A DNA stretch of 64,000 nucleotides from IMG/VR virus record IMGVR_UViG_2579779045_000011; one strand, written 5' to 3'. Numbering within the stretch: the stretch's first letter is position 1; the number at the start of each line of letters is the position of its first letter. A model generated the notes under the pieces. The model searched no databases, was not told the origin of the DNA, and saw only the letters and a program-made list of their open reading frames with translations. Origin of the DNA: a virus. The position numbers were made by a program, and so were the translations under genes. Below are positions 38,634-47,557 of this stretch, in pieces.

Positions 38634-40066
38634 GTAGCCCCCGAAATATCAGCGGTGCGTTCCAACTCAACAGTAATGCTGTCTTTTGTCACATACACCC
38701 ACTCATTAGGCTTATTCAACTCATTTGAAAGCATAATGGTAAAGTCACTCATCCGGTCTTGGAAAGCCACAATATTGTCATTAATCAGCTTCCCCATTTC
38801 TTGCGTATTAAAGCCATTAACCAGCCAACGACTTGAGCTCAATGATTCACGCCCGTATCGTTCTACAAGTAATTCTTTGATCTGTGTCTTAACCATATCT
38901 GTGTTATGTACAGAAGCCAAAGAGCCTTTAATTTTTACTTCAATTGGCTTTTCTACAACTTCATGTACATTCACTTTACCTTCATACAAGTTATCGCAAT
39001 AACCAATATACCGACAGATATCTTGTTCTAACGTTGCTTGTTCAGCTGGGTTCTTGGCAACCACCACAAGATTTAAATGATTTATGTCGCGGTATGTAAT
39101 GGCAAAGTGTTGCTCTTGCAACGTTTCATTCCAGACAGAAATAAACTGTGCCCGTTTCATAAATTTTTTACGGACTGCATAGTCAAAGTTGCCGAGAAAT
39201 ACCGCATCTTCATCGTAAAGTGATGGATAGCTTGATAATAAACGTAATTCTGATACAGCTAACGGATCTACGCCCTCTCTAATCAGTCCACCAGCTTTAA
39301 AACGCACTGATACCCGCTGTTCATCATTAGTAAGTACATCAAGTAAGGCCGCATCTTTTAAACGATTAACATCAACTTCCCCGTATGTCTCAAGAATTCC
39401 AATTATTACCGTTTCATTGGCTTGCAGAGTACGACCAGCTCTCTCAGAATCGCCAAACTCAATAAACAATCTTCTTAGATTATCTGTAGTAATAGTTACA
39501 GCATATTCACCTGGTTCAACATTCATCCAGCGCGGCTTAATTACATAGTTATTATTGCCCTGCTTAACCGAAATATTTGCAAGTGAAAGGTCCTCTAAAA
39601 GGTCAATTCGATATTTATGGAACCCTTCAGTAACTGGTACAACATATTTAATTTCACGGTATTCACTTTGTTCTGCTATTACTTCCGCCGTCTCACCAGC
39701 TTTAACAGTAATTGATTGAAGCAACCGCCATACTCTACCGCCGCTATGGTCCTCAATCATTCGCCCTTGACTTAAGCTCACAGCATTTGTTGACCGGTTG
39801 ATAATTTCTATTAAGTGCTGACACGGTGTACCTATAGGCAAAATGCCTTTATTTGTAGCATCCGCAATAATTGAGCGGTCACGTGTTTTGGTAAATGGTT
39901 CAATTGAAGCAATATCGATTTCTGGACCAAATGCAGTCAAAAAACTAGCCATAGAACGCAGCTGGTGAACGACAAGTGGATCTTGAGCTTTATAGCGTTC
40001 CTGAATCTCATAATCATCTATCGCTGCTTGGAGCTGGGCTTCAAAATCAGCTTGCGTTAATGTCAT
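38621..40066 (-). CDS. Baseplate wedge gpJ-like protein (P1 BplA-like)
   Basis: IEFGDSERAG and AVFLGNFDY motifs; ~480 aa. Confidence 0.75.
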   Translation of the reverse strand: MTLTQADFEAQLQAAIDDYEIQERYKAQDPLVVHQLRSMASFLTAFGPEIDIASIEPFTKTRDRSIIADATNKGILPIGTPCQHLIEIINRSTNAVSLSQGRMIEDHSGGRVWRLLQSITVKAGETAEVIAEQSEYREIKYVVPVTEGFHKYRIDLLEDLSLANISVKQGNNNYVIKPRWMNVEPGEYAVTITTDNLRRLFIEFGDSERAGRTLQANETVIIGILETYGEVDVNRLKDAALLDVLTNDEQRVSVRFKAGGLIREGVDPLAVSELRLLSSYPSLYDEDAVFLGNFDYAVRKKFMKRAQFISVWNETLQEQHFAITYRDINHLNLVVVAKNPAEQATLEQDICRYIGYCDNLYEGKVNVHEVVEKPIEVKIKGSLASVHNTDMVKTQIKELLVERYGRESLSSSRWLVNGFNTQEMGKLINDNIVAFQDRMSDFTIMLSNELNKPNEWVYVTKDSITVELERTADISGATWTL

Positions 40067-40385
40067 ATGTCTCACCTGTTACTGATTTACCCAATCGGTC
40101 TGCTACTTGGTTAAGATCTATATTCACATTCATGATGCTTAAATGAATATGAACCGTCTCAAATCCTTCGGTTTGTGAATACAGGGCTAATTGGTCAGAG
40201 TTAAGCTCAGATAATATTGGTAGATCCTTTTTCATCTTAATAAGAAAACTATCTGCCACCCTCGAGTCTAAAGGTGCCATTAGCAAATCATAAAGAGGTG
40301 CACCAAAGTCAGAACCATACTTCCCATTAACCGGATGATTAAGCCAGTACTCAACCATGTCTAAAATTGTTTTAGATGTGATCAT
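40047..40385 (-). CDS. gpW/gp25-like baseplate protein
   Basis: WLNHPVNGKYGSDFGAPLYDLL. Confidence 0.7.
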   Translation of the reverse strand: MITSKTILDMVEYWLNHPVNGKYGSDFGAPLYDLLMAPLDSRVADSFLIKMKKDLPILSELNSDQLALYSQTEGFETVHIHLSIMNVNIDLNQVADRLGKSVTGETYDINAS

Positions 40386-40741
40386 TAGGAAGTTGCTCTA
40401 TTACTGAAAATCATCAAAAGCTTTACTAGTATTGCAGTGCCGATCTGGTAAGTTGAAAAAATGGTGAAATAGATTATGAATATCCATAATGAAACGCTTA
40501 ATGCATCAAAATATGAAGCAACGTTATAGATTCGCCAATCAACAAGAATAATAGTGATCAATACACATGCCATACTTATGAAATACATATATCTGATTTC
40601 TTTAAATAAGAGGCTTATAGGCACATGACGGAATTGTTTAATATACGCAGCTTTATTCTTGCTATTCCATCCTGTAACAACGGAAAGATAAGCTAAAAAT
40701 GCAAGAATTAAGACAATATCAATACCGATTTGAATTTGCAT
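40385..40741 (-). CDS. Small multi-pass membrane protein (possible holin)
   Basis: Start MQIQIG directly after a late promoter; about 3 hydrophobic helices. The longer start in the ORF track is unlikely. Confidence 0.55.
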   Translation of the reverse strand: MQIQIGIDIVLILAFLAYLSVVTGWNSKNKAAYIKQFRHVPISLLFKEIRYMYFISMACVLITIILVDWRIYNVASYFDALSVSLWIFIIYFTIFSTYQIGTAILVKLLMIFSNRATS

Positions 40742-40770
40742 AAAAAACACCCTTAATAAGAACTGTATTA

Positions 40771-40811
40771 AGGGTATTGCTTTTGTATATATGTAAGCGT
40801 GAATGGTTCCA
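40771..40811 (-). promoter_or_regulatory. Putative late promoter TGGAAC-N29-TACCCT
   Basis: Motif copy; ACCCTTAATA/TATTAAGGGT hairpin over the RBS. Confidence 0.7.
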
Positions 40812-40814
40812 TAT

Positions 40815-40843
40815 TTGAAAATAAGAAATGCATGGATTATTAT
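40815..40843 (+). promoter_or_regulatory. Sigma70 promoter TTGAAA-N17-TATTAT
   Basis: Near-consensus boxes with exact 17-bp spacing; no plus-strand ORF downstream. Confidence 0.65.
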
Positions 40844-40849
40844 ATATAC

Positions 40850-40942
40850 AAAGCCCGCTCCACTTATGACACGAGAACGTATAGGGTCATAAGTGTAGGT
40901 TAGAAGATGTCGCAACCCATCTCTAACTACCGGGCTTTTTTT
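40850..40942 (+). ncRNA. Candidate structured small RNA (three-way junction), convergent with the nuclease gene
   Basis: Outer stem AAAGCCCG/CGGGCTTT plus U7 tail; inner stems CACTTATGAC/GTCATAAGTG and GTTAGAAGATG/CATCTCTAAC. Confidence 0.6.
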
Positions 40943-41882
40943 AATGCACTTCAAAAGCTGTAAGCAGCCATGCATTACTACCTTCTCGCTTAATCAATGA
41001 CGCTTCATGCGAATTAAATACAATATTTATTCTTGTAGATAATCCACGTTCTGTACGCCGTTGTGTACTACCTTGAGCGATTGTTTGCACAATAGTATCC
41101 ACAAGCATATGCACAACTTCATCATATGTCATGCCATCACTTTCCATACGGCGCTTGATAATATGCTTAATACCCTGTTTATCACTGCCATACTCAAAAT
41201 CCACCCAGCCTAAATCATTACGATACATAGCTCTATGCACTGTGGTTTTTTCCATAATGGCTTTGTTCATTGCAGCTTTACCACGTGTGATATTTGCTGT
41301 AACTGATTTGATTGGACTCGCACTATCAAATTCAGGCTTTCCCAGTTCGGATTGACCAGCCTCCGAACTTATACCAAGTTGTTGCTTAGCATGTTCAATT
41401 TGTTCTTTCAGCTGGTCACGGTGAGCTATTTGCTTAGCTAAATCCTCATCAAGCTTTTGCTCTTGTTCTTCGACTTCTTTAATTTTCTGATCTACAGAAG
41501 TACGGCGCGGCGGTAAGCTAACTTTTTCACGCTTATTTTGTTCTTGGATTTTAGATTGTGCTTCACGGATAAGTTTAGCAACACAACTTACGGCGTTTTC
41601 AAATGTTGGCTTATAGTCATCACTAAAATCGCCAGATAGAACAATTACTTTATCATTCAGTTCGGCCTTCACTACATCCGCTAATGCACGAATATAAAGT
41701 GTAAGCGTAGCGCCACCTGAAAAGAAAAATGCAACTGGTAAAACGCTAACACCAGCAACGCGCTTAATTTTGCGAAATTCTGGTGTAACAATCGTTTGGC
41801 CTGTTGCTTTTTCTAATGCCGATTGGATCTTTTTAATGTATGGAGAAGTAGCTGTTATAGCTGCAAGATTAAGACTGCCCAT
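40941..41882 (-). CDS. Hdf/DarA-N-like domain + coiled coil + barnase/EndoU/colicin/RelE-like (PBECR) nuclease domain
   Basis: KRVAGVSVLPVAFFF...VVKAELND N-terminus; DLGWVDFEYG..GIKHII.RR...WLLTAF C-terminus; start MGSLNL with GAGG RBS. Confidence 0.7.
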   Translation of the reverse strand: MGSLNLAAITATSPYIKKIQSALEKATGQTIVTPEFRKIKRVAGVSVLPVAFFFSGGATLTLYIRALADVVKAELNDKVIVLSGDFSDDYKPTFENAVSCVAKLIREAQSKIQEQNKREKVSLPPRRTSVDQKIKEVEEQEQKLDEDLAKQIAHRDQLKEQIEHAKQQLGISSEAGQSELGKPEFDSASPIKSVTANITRGKAAMNKAIMEKTTVHRAMYRNDLGWVDFEYGSDKQGIKHIIKRRMESDGMTYDEVVHMLVDTIVQTIAQGSTQRRTERGLSTRINIVFNSHEASLIKREGSNAWLLTAFEVH

Positions 41883-41909
41883 GAAAAATAACCTCATATC
41901 AATGAGGTT

Positions 41910-41950
41910 ATTTTGAAATCTATTGGATGTACAATTTGTGCAAGGTTCCA
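41910..41950 (-). promoter_or_regulatory. Putative late promoter TGGAAC-N29-CAAAAT
   Basis: Motif copy; perfect 13-bp hairpin AAAATAACCTCAT/ATGAGGTTATTTT over the RBS. Confidence 0.72.
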
Positions 41951-41969
41951 ATTTTTAGAACCCTAAAAC

Positions 41970-42064
41970 GAGGAAAACACCCCGCAGGGTGCTTTCAAAT
42001 AAGACTTATTGGATTATCAGCGAGAAATTTATTACTGATATCTTATTCAATAAGATTAGCTATG
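41970..42064 (-). ncRNA. Candidate small RNA downstream of the Abi HEPN gene
   Basis: Own promoter; complementary blocks CTTATTG/CAATAAG and AATAAGA/TCTTATT around a TATCAG/CTGATA stem; terminal hairpin GAAAGCACCC-TGCG-GGGTGTTTTC. Confidence 0.6.
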
Positions 42065-42069
42065 TACCT

Positions 42070-42098
42070 ATAATATTAATTACTGCACCACTTGTCAA
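42070..42098 (-). promoter_or_regulatory. Sigma70 promoter TTGACA-N17-TATTAT
   Basis: Perfect -35 box and 17-bp spacer, ~20 bp after the Abi stop codon. Confidence 0.75.
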
Positions 42099-42119
42099 AT
42101 TTGTGCAACAGTGAAATTA

Positions 42120-43064
42120 CTAAAAACCTCTAGAAATAACTATTCCACCATGTTGGTGCTTAATTTCTATTAAGCATGAAATTTTCAAAAGACGACGGAA
42201 CTCTCTCTTAGCCCTTGATAATGGCAGTTCTCTCATATAGGAATAATTTTTATATATTTCGATAGTTGATTCTTGGCAGAACCAATCAAAATGTCTTTTA
42301 TAACTTGATGATAAATAGTCATCCCTTCTATCTTTTGATATCCAACCTATTAACCGGCATAAACGATGATTCAAGGTCAACATTCTTGAAATGCTTTCAC
42401 TTGGGGTAGTAGCAGATTCATAGATCACTACTTTTGATTTTTCATGAAGAATCTCAGTAAATTTCCATAATGGCTCGTGGTGAGCAATACGATTTCTTAA
42501 AGATAGAACCTGTCTTAACCGAATAATCAAATCGTCTATAGCATTTGTATCCCAATAACTTTTATTTACAGCAAAATGATCTTTAAAACCCTTAAAGAAA
42601 ACTTCAGGCCAATCAATAGAAGGATGTAATTCAATAAGTTTAATCCAAAAACCAAATGTCTGATTTGCTATAACTTTACCTGGAGTTGGAATGTTTTGTG
42701 TTTTAGGAACTAAAGTCGTAATTCCATTAACCTTCTTTTTCCTATGAGTCATTTTTTTTAATATTTTTTGAGTTTCCAAGTTTAGTATATTTTGGTCCAT
42801 AAGGTACATGTACCAATCATTATCATGTATGTGTCCTTGATTTTTATGCGAAAAATAAAGATACGATAATTCTTTATGTACCATATTACGAAATGCAACT
42901 TCAAAAATACTTAACAACTTAAAAAAAGCAGTTGAGAGCGCATCATTCCAAAGGTATACACCTATGCACTCCTCATTATTTTTTAAATTAAAATATAATT
43001 TATAACTCTTTAATCGATCAGAAGATAACAAGTCTACGGTATTAGAAATATTGCTAGACTTCAT
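42120..43064 (-). CDS. Abi-like (AbiD/AbiF-type) HEPN RNase
   Basis: LSSDRLKSY, YLWN, FEVAFRN, TFGFW and LRNRIAHHEP (RxxxxH) motifs; AT-rich. Confidence 0.88.
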   Translation of the reverse strand: MKSSNISNTVDLLSSDRLKSYKLYFNLKNNEECIGVYLWNDALSTAFFKLLSIFEVAFRNMVHKELSYLYFSHKNQGHIHDNDWYMYLMDQNILNLETQKILKKMTHRKKKVNGITTLVPKTQNIPTPGKVIANQTFGFWIKLIELHPSIDWPEVFFKGFKDHFAVNKSYWDTNAIDDLIIRLRQVLSLRNRIAHHEPLWKFTEILHEKSKVVIYESATTPSESISRMLTLNHRLCRLIGWISKDRRDDYLSSSYKRHFDWFCQESTIEIYKNYSYMRELPLSRAKREFRRLLKISCLIEIKHQHGGIVISRGF

Positions 43065-43154
43065 TTTCTCCGAAATCCTATGAATAAATTATTAAATTAA
43101 CCTACTAATTGTATATTAATTAAAGGAATAACTCTATTAACTTGTTCAGTTCTA

Positions 43155-43898
43155 TTATTTTCGCTTTCTCTTTTCAAACGTCCTTCTCAACCATTCCTCT
43201 CGATCTTCAACATTCTCAATATTTTTAAGTTTGCGCCAAAATTCACTAATAGCTTTTGAAAATTTAACAACGTCATCATCCGTAATATTAAATGTAGGTT
43301 CATATATAAAGTAAGGCAACGGATTATTTTCCATACCATGATAATTTTCTTTTAAATAAAATGGGTACTTGTTACACAGCTCTCTATATGAGCTTCCATT
43401 TCCATGCTTAAAAACATTAACAATTACTCTACAAGCATCAAAATCTTTAAAAAACTCTTGTTTTTCGATATCGAATTCATCAGTTTTAAAAAGCATAAAT
43501 AATTTGTTAACTGGCAGAGTCCAAATTTCATTTCTGACTTGATGAGTACATCCCCACCATCTGGATTGATTATGTAGGAATGAACGAAACTGTTTTTCCC
43601 ATCTATGATACATTCCCGCAATAACTGAAAATCTGACATTCTGTTGAAGATCACTTAGATTTTGATAAAAGATAATACTTGCATCATATGAATCATAATA
43701 TAATGAAGAGGAATCATATGGATCTTTATTGAAGTAATGGCTCTCTTTTTCAGTCCGCCATTTTTCTTCATATTCATCAGCTTCTTGAGAGATGTTATCA
43801 AATTGATTCAAAAGCTTGAGCTGACATTGTTCTAAGTAAAAGTCATTTATTTCTATTAAGTTTTTTCTTAGTTGATCGTACAATTCAATAAGCATCAA
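43155..43898 (-). CDS. Hypothetical protein with HEPN-like motif
   Basis: GMYHRWE and RVIVNVFKHGNG; AT-rich accessory gene. Confidence 0.6.
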   Translation of the reverse strand: MMLIELYDQLRKNLIEINDFYLEQCQLKLLNQFDNISQEADEYEEKWRTEKESHYFNKDPYDSSSLYYDSYDASIIFYQNLSDLQQNVRFSVIAGMYHRWEKQFRSFLHNQSRWWGCTHQVRNEIWTLPVNKLFMLFKTDEFDIEKQEFFKDFDACRVIVNVFKHGNGSSYRELCNKYPFYLKENYHGMENNPLPYFIYEPTFNITDDDVVKFSKAISEFWRKLKNIENVEDREEWLRRTFEKRKRK

Positions 43899-43991
43899 AT
43901 TTCCCCATTATTAAAAATATTTACAACTCATAAAGGAACAACAAGGGAATGAATAATTCAATCCCTTTAATATTCTCTACAAATATTGAAT

Positions 43992-44390
43992 TTATAAGCA
44001 ACCAGGTTCGTTACCTGATCTACACTCTTGCATATCTTGTAGTTCTTTAATTCTATTTTCTGTCTTTTCTACTAAACATGCATTATGAACAAATGGATAT
44101 AAAGAGCCCTTTAAAACAGGTGAAGATTGAAATTGGCAATCTTTTTCTTTGTATTGAATCCAAGCTCTTTGAGCCTCTTTTAATTGAAGTTTCTCTGTTG
44201 GGTTAAGCTCTTTCATATAATTTGCATAAACGGAATTAATTTTCTGATTTGCAGAATTCAAAACATTTGATGAGCAAGTATTTAAAGCCGATTGATTTGG
44301 CAAATTTGAGCATTTATCTATACCAGCAAAAGTAACTGAACAAGTAATCGTGCTCATAATTAAAAAAGTAATTCTCATGAATTTATACAT
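43992..44390 (-). CDS. LprI (DUF1311) lysozyme-inhibitor family exported protein
   Basis: Signal peptide; LKEAQRAWIQYKEKDC...CLVEKTENRIKEL. Confidence 0.88.
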   Translation of the reverse strand: MYKFMRITFLIMSTITCSVTFAGIDKCSNLPNQSALNTCSSNVLNSANQKINSVYANYMKELNPTEKLQLKEAQRAWIQYKEKDCQFQSSPVLKGSLYPFVHNACLVEKTENRIKELQDMQECRSGNEPGCL

Positions 44391-44410
44391 CTAATTGCTC
44401 CACTCTTAAT

Positions 44411-45232
44411 TTATTTATATCTATCTTTAGTACATGGTAGCCAATTCAAATCATTTCCTGCAGCATTCTCGTTTTCAGAGCCCCAACACCATCCGCCATT
44501 TTTAATATCGACATATAAAGTATCTCTTTCTTCACAACTTTCAATAGTTTTTGGGTCATCACCCGAACCACCACGGCATGAATCATTGAGCTTTTCATAT
44601 TGGAGAATTTTGTCTTGAATGATTTTAGGAATTTCAGAAAATTGTTTTTTTAAATAATCGTTAATACCTTGTATTGATAGTTCGCCAGCTTGATAAAAAT
44701 GAACATATATAATTGGTAACTCTTCAATTTGGTTAGTTTTTGGGTTTGTATAAGTAAAAACGTCTGACGGCGCAACAGTGCCCTTAAATGCAATTATGTC
44801 GCCTTCTATAACCCTTGCTTGTACATTTGGATCAAAAACTAAAACAACTAAATTACCATCAAAATTAGCTTTATTTGCCAGTACCCCATATAAACCAGCT
44901 TTTTGATTTATTAATGGCCTTGAGGATGCCAAAGCCAAAGTATGATTATCAACCTTCTGAATTGATTCGATACTCGCTGCACCTATTAATTTTGTACCTA
45001 CATCATAATCATGAAATCTAATTCCTCTATAGGTTTTGTCGTCATTTATTAAAATACTTTGATTCAAAAAATCAGATTCATTTAAAGATGTAAAATCGTA
45101 AATTGCTTCCGCTTTAACGGGCTCTTGCATTGCTGAGTTAGCTCCTTCAGCTGGTTGCTCATTATTTTTATTACAACCAGCTAATGCAAGCATAGTAATT
45201 AATACCGTTAAATTTAAAGCTCTAAGAGTCAT
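44411..45232 (-). CDS. Lipoprotein
   Basis: Lipobox LAGC; Cys-rich C-terminus (CRGGSGD...GWCWG). Confidence 0.8.
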   Translation of the reverse strand: MTLRALNLTVLITMLALAGCNKNNEQPAEGANSAMQEPVKAEAIYDFTSLNESDFLNQSILINDDKTYRGIRFHDYDVGTKLIGAASIESIQKVDNHTLALASSRPLINQKAGLYGVLANKANFDGNLVVLVFDPNVQARVIEGDIIAFKGTVAPSDVFTYTNPKTNQIEELPIIYVHFYQAGELSIQGINDYLKKQFSEIPKIIQDKILQYEKLNDSCRGGSGDDPKTIESCEERDTLYVDIKNGGWCWGSENENAAGNDLNWLPCTKDRYK

Positions 45233-45239
45233 TAATAAA

Positions 45240-47528
45240 CTAACCTTCTAAGTTTCCCATTCCTATCCCACCAGTTAAAGCATGTGCTAGGAATCTATCA
45301 TTTACATTCTGACTGATATTACCATTATTACCATTAACAACAACGACTTCCTGTGGGTTAGGAGTATTTAAAGGTTGCTTAAACGGCGTGACATTAGTTA
45401 ATAATCTATTTTGATTATTTAATGAAGGTTTTGCTTTTGTAGTAGCTTGGGGAACGATAGCTTTTTGGGTGCTTAAAACACTAGCAACTTTAGCTCTTGT
45501 ATTTTCCACAATATGACTTGATTTCAAATCTGATACAGCTGGGGTATTTTCTTTAGGTAGATTAGTTTTCTGTTCCTGAACGGTTTTATCAATGTTAGCT
45601 CTGTATTTATATTCCTTTTCTAAATGCGGTCTATAATCAAATGACTTCCCATTGCGAAGCTTTGTTTGCCCATACGCCCATCTTACATATTTTGTGCCGA
45701 GAACTCGGGCAATATCTTCTTTTGATGCATTTGGGTTTTTCTGCATATAAGCTTTAACTGAAGCATATTCTGGATTCGTTTCGATTTCATGCTTCATAAA
45801 TGCACCTTGTGCATCTAAAGCTGCTTGGCTCCGTACCATATTACCGTTTGCATCAAGTAATCCCCTTTCCTTCATATATGCCGTAAGCCGGTCTTTACGA
45901 GCTCCTTGCCAAGAAATCATTCCCATATTTATTCCACCAGCTTTATCTTGATGTTTACCAAACAAGTATTCATCTCGATAATCATTTTCTCGACCAACGG
46001 AAGCAGTTAAACCAGCAGCCCAATTATCATTAAAACCTGCTTTCTTCATAGCATTGTAAACTGCAAGTTGCTTTTCCTTAGTTTTTTCACCAATTGGAGA
46101 AATAGTTGATCCATAAGCAGGTACATTTTTATTTGCTCCAAAACCCGGCTTATAAACTCCTTGCCCAATGCCCCATGTGGGAACGCCGTCATGAAATGGA
46201 TTAAAGCGATTAAATTTATCCTTAATGAAATCTAAGGTATCACTAGCAGTATCTTTAACACCGTCTACAACTTTTGATGCTGTACCTTTTGTCAGTTCAA
46301 AAGCATTGGTTGCATAGTTAACAAACCCTTTCCAAGCAGTATTAATAATACCTGGTACATCTGCAGCAATTAATGAATCTGTCCACTCTTTAAAATACGG
46401 CGCAACTACGGTACCTAGCTTATTCCCAATCCAAGAACCAGCCATACCACCAATTAATGTTCCAACTGGACCAAATAAAGACCCGACAGTACCACCAATT
46501 ACTCCACCCGCAAGACTACCAACAGTACCGCCTTTTTCTTGTGTGCTTTGTTCATTCCAATCTAATAATGATGCACCAGCAGCCAATGCACCTATTACGG
46601 GTAGACCACGGCCAAACTTAAGAAATTTACCTAAGCCCTTTCCTAATTTCCCTACACCTTTCTTTCCTTTGCCTAGAGCACCACCTAGAAGCCCACCACC
46701 AGCAGATAACACGGAAGTAAGCAATTTCCCTAGAGAACCTAACAAACCACCCTTAGACGCCAAATTATCGGCAATACGCTGCAATAACTTTATTTGTTTG
46801 CGGTTATGGTTCTCTTGTTCACGAGGTAATGGCTCATTTCTCTTTTTACTACGCATCAATCCAGTTAATGGCCGCAAAGCTAATCCTGCTGCACGGCGTA
46901 CAGGTGAAAGTAAATGACCAACTTCATTGATTGCGTCAACTGTAGGATCTACACCTTGTGTTGAGTTCGGCATTACTCCTTTAATCGCCGTAGATATCGT
47001 TTGGGCAACTTTACGAATTGATGATTGGTTTTGGGGTTCATTAGGGTTTGATACAAAACGGCCTTTTTCGTCACGCTCTGGTACACTAGGATTTACAATT
47101 TTTGATAAGTCATCATGACTATTAATTTCTATAGCGGGCTTTCGCCCATTAGATTTGTTGATTTGTTTTTTATCTACTGTTTTAAGGTCATTAATTGATT
47201 GGTCCAAAACATCAGCAAAGTCTTTGACCAGCTTGTCTGCTACAACAAAAGATTGAGTGATTGGATTAGCTTTGTCTTTTAATAAATCTTCAAAATCTAA
47301 AGCTTGTCTATTATTGACAGCATTAAGCATCTTTTGAAATTCAGTCAGTTTAGGCTGAGGCTGTGCAAATTGTGCTTTTTGCTCTTCAAAGCTTTGAGTA
47401 AGGATACCAATGATCTTTTCAATGTTTGAATCAATCGTACTAACTTTTTTTTCAACTCGTTTCATTCCAATGATAAAGCCGAGCTCGTCATAGGATAAAA
47501 CTGTATCATTGTGATTTGAATTTGCCAT
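45240..47528 (-). CDS. Tape-measure-like protein with phage tail lysozyme domain
   Basis: Gly-rich hydrophobic segment; AAGLTASVGREN...GMISWQGAR lysozyme-type motifs; start MANSN. Confidence 0.75.
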   Translation of the reverse strand: MANSNHNDTVLSYDELGFIIGMKRVEKKVSTIDSNIEKIIGILTQSFEEQKAQFAQPQPKLTEFQKMLNAVNNRQALDFEDLLKDKANPITQSFVVADKLVKDFADVLDQSINDLKTVDKKQINKSNGRKPAIEINSHDDLSKIVNPSVPERDEKGRFVSNPNEPQNQSSIRKVAQTISTAIKGVMPNSTQGVDPTVDAINEVGHLLSPVRRAAGLALRPLTGLMRSKKRNEPLPREQENHNRKQIKLLQRIADNLASKGGLLGSLGKLLTSVLSAGGGLLGGALGKGKKGVGKLGKGLGKFLKFGRGLPVIGALAAGASLLDWNEQSTQEKGGTVGSLAGGVIGGTVGSLFGPVGTLIGGMAGSWIGNKLGTVVAPYFKEWTDSLIAADVPGIINTAWKGFVNYATNAFELTKGTASKVVDGVKDTASDTLDFIKDKFNRFNPFHDGVPTWGIGQGVYKPGFGANKNVPAYGSTISPIGEKTKEKQLAVYNAMKKAGFNDNWAAGLTASVGRENDYRDEYLFGKHQDKAGGINMGMISWQGARKDRLTAYMKERGLLDANGNMVRSQAALDAQGAFMKHEIETNPEYASVKAYMQKNPNASKEDIARVLGTKYVRWAYGQTKLRNGKSFDYRPHLEKEYKYRANIDKTVQEQKTNLPKENTPAVSDLKSSHIVENTRAKVASVLSTQKAIVPQATTKAKPSLNNQNRLLTNVTPFKQPLNTPNPQEVVVVNGNNGNISQNVNDRFLAHALTGGIGMGNLEG

Positions 47529-47557
47529 AACAAAAATGCCCCATACTGATATAGAGC

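Noticed and set aside
38514..39002. 162-aa plus-strand ORF (likewise 58507..58944, 46543..46917 and 15141..15494)
   Set aside because: Antisense to well-supported genes, with shadow-like composition
40850..40942. tRNA gene
   Set aside because: Only two internal arms, and no T-loop GTTC or D-loop consensus
40742..40975. N-terminal extension of the 196-aa ORF in the track
   Set aside because: It spans a promoter and the candidate sRNA; the RBS and late promoter point to a start at 40741
41883..41951. Extended start of the 336-aa ORF
   Set aside because: It overlaps the promoter motif; GAGG precedes the ATG at 41882
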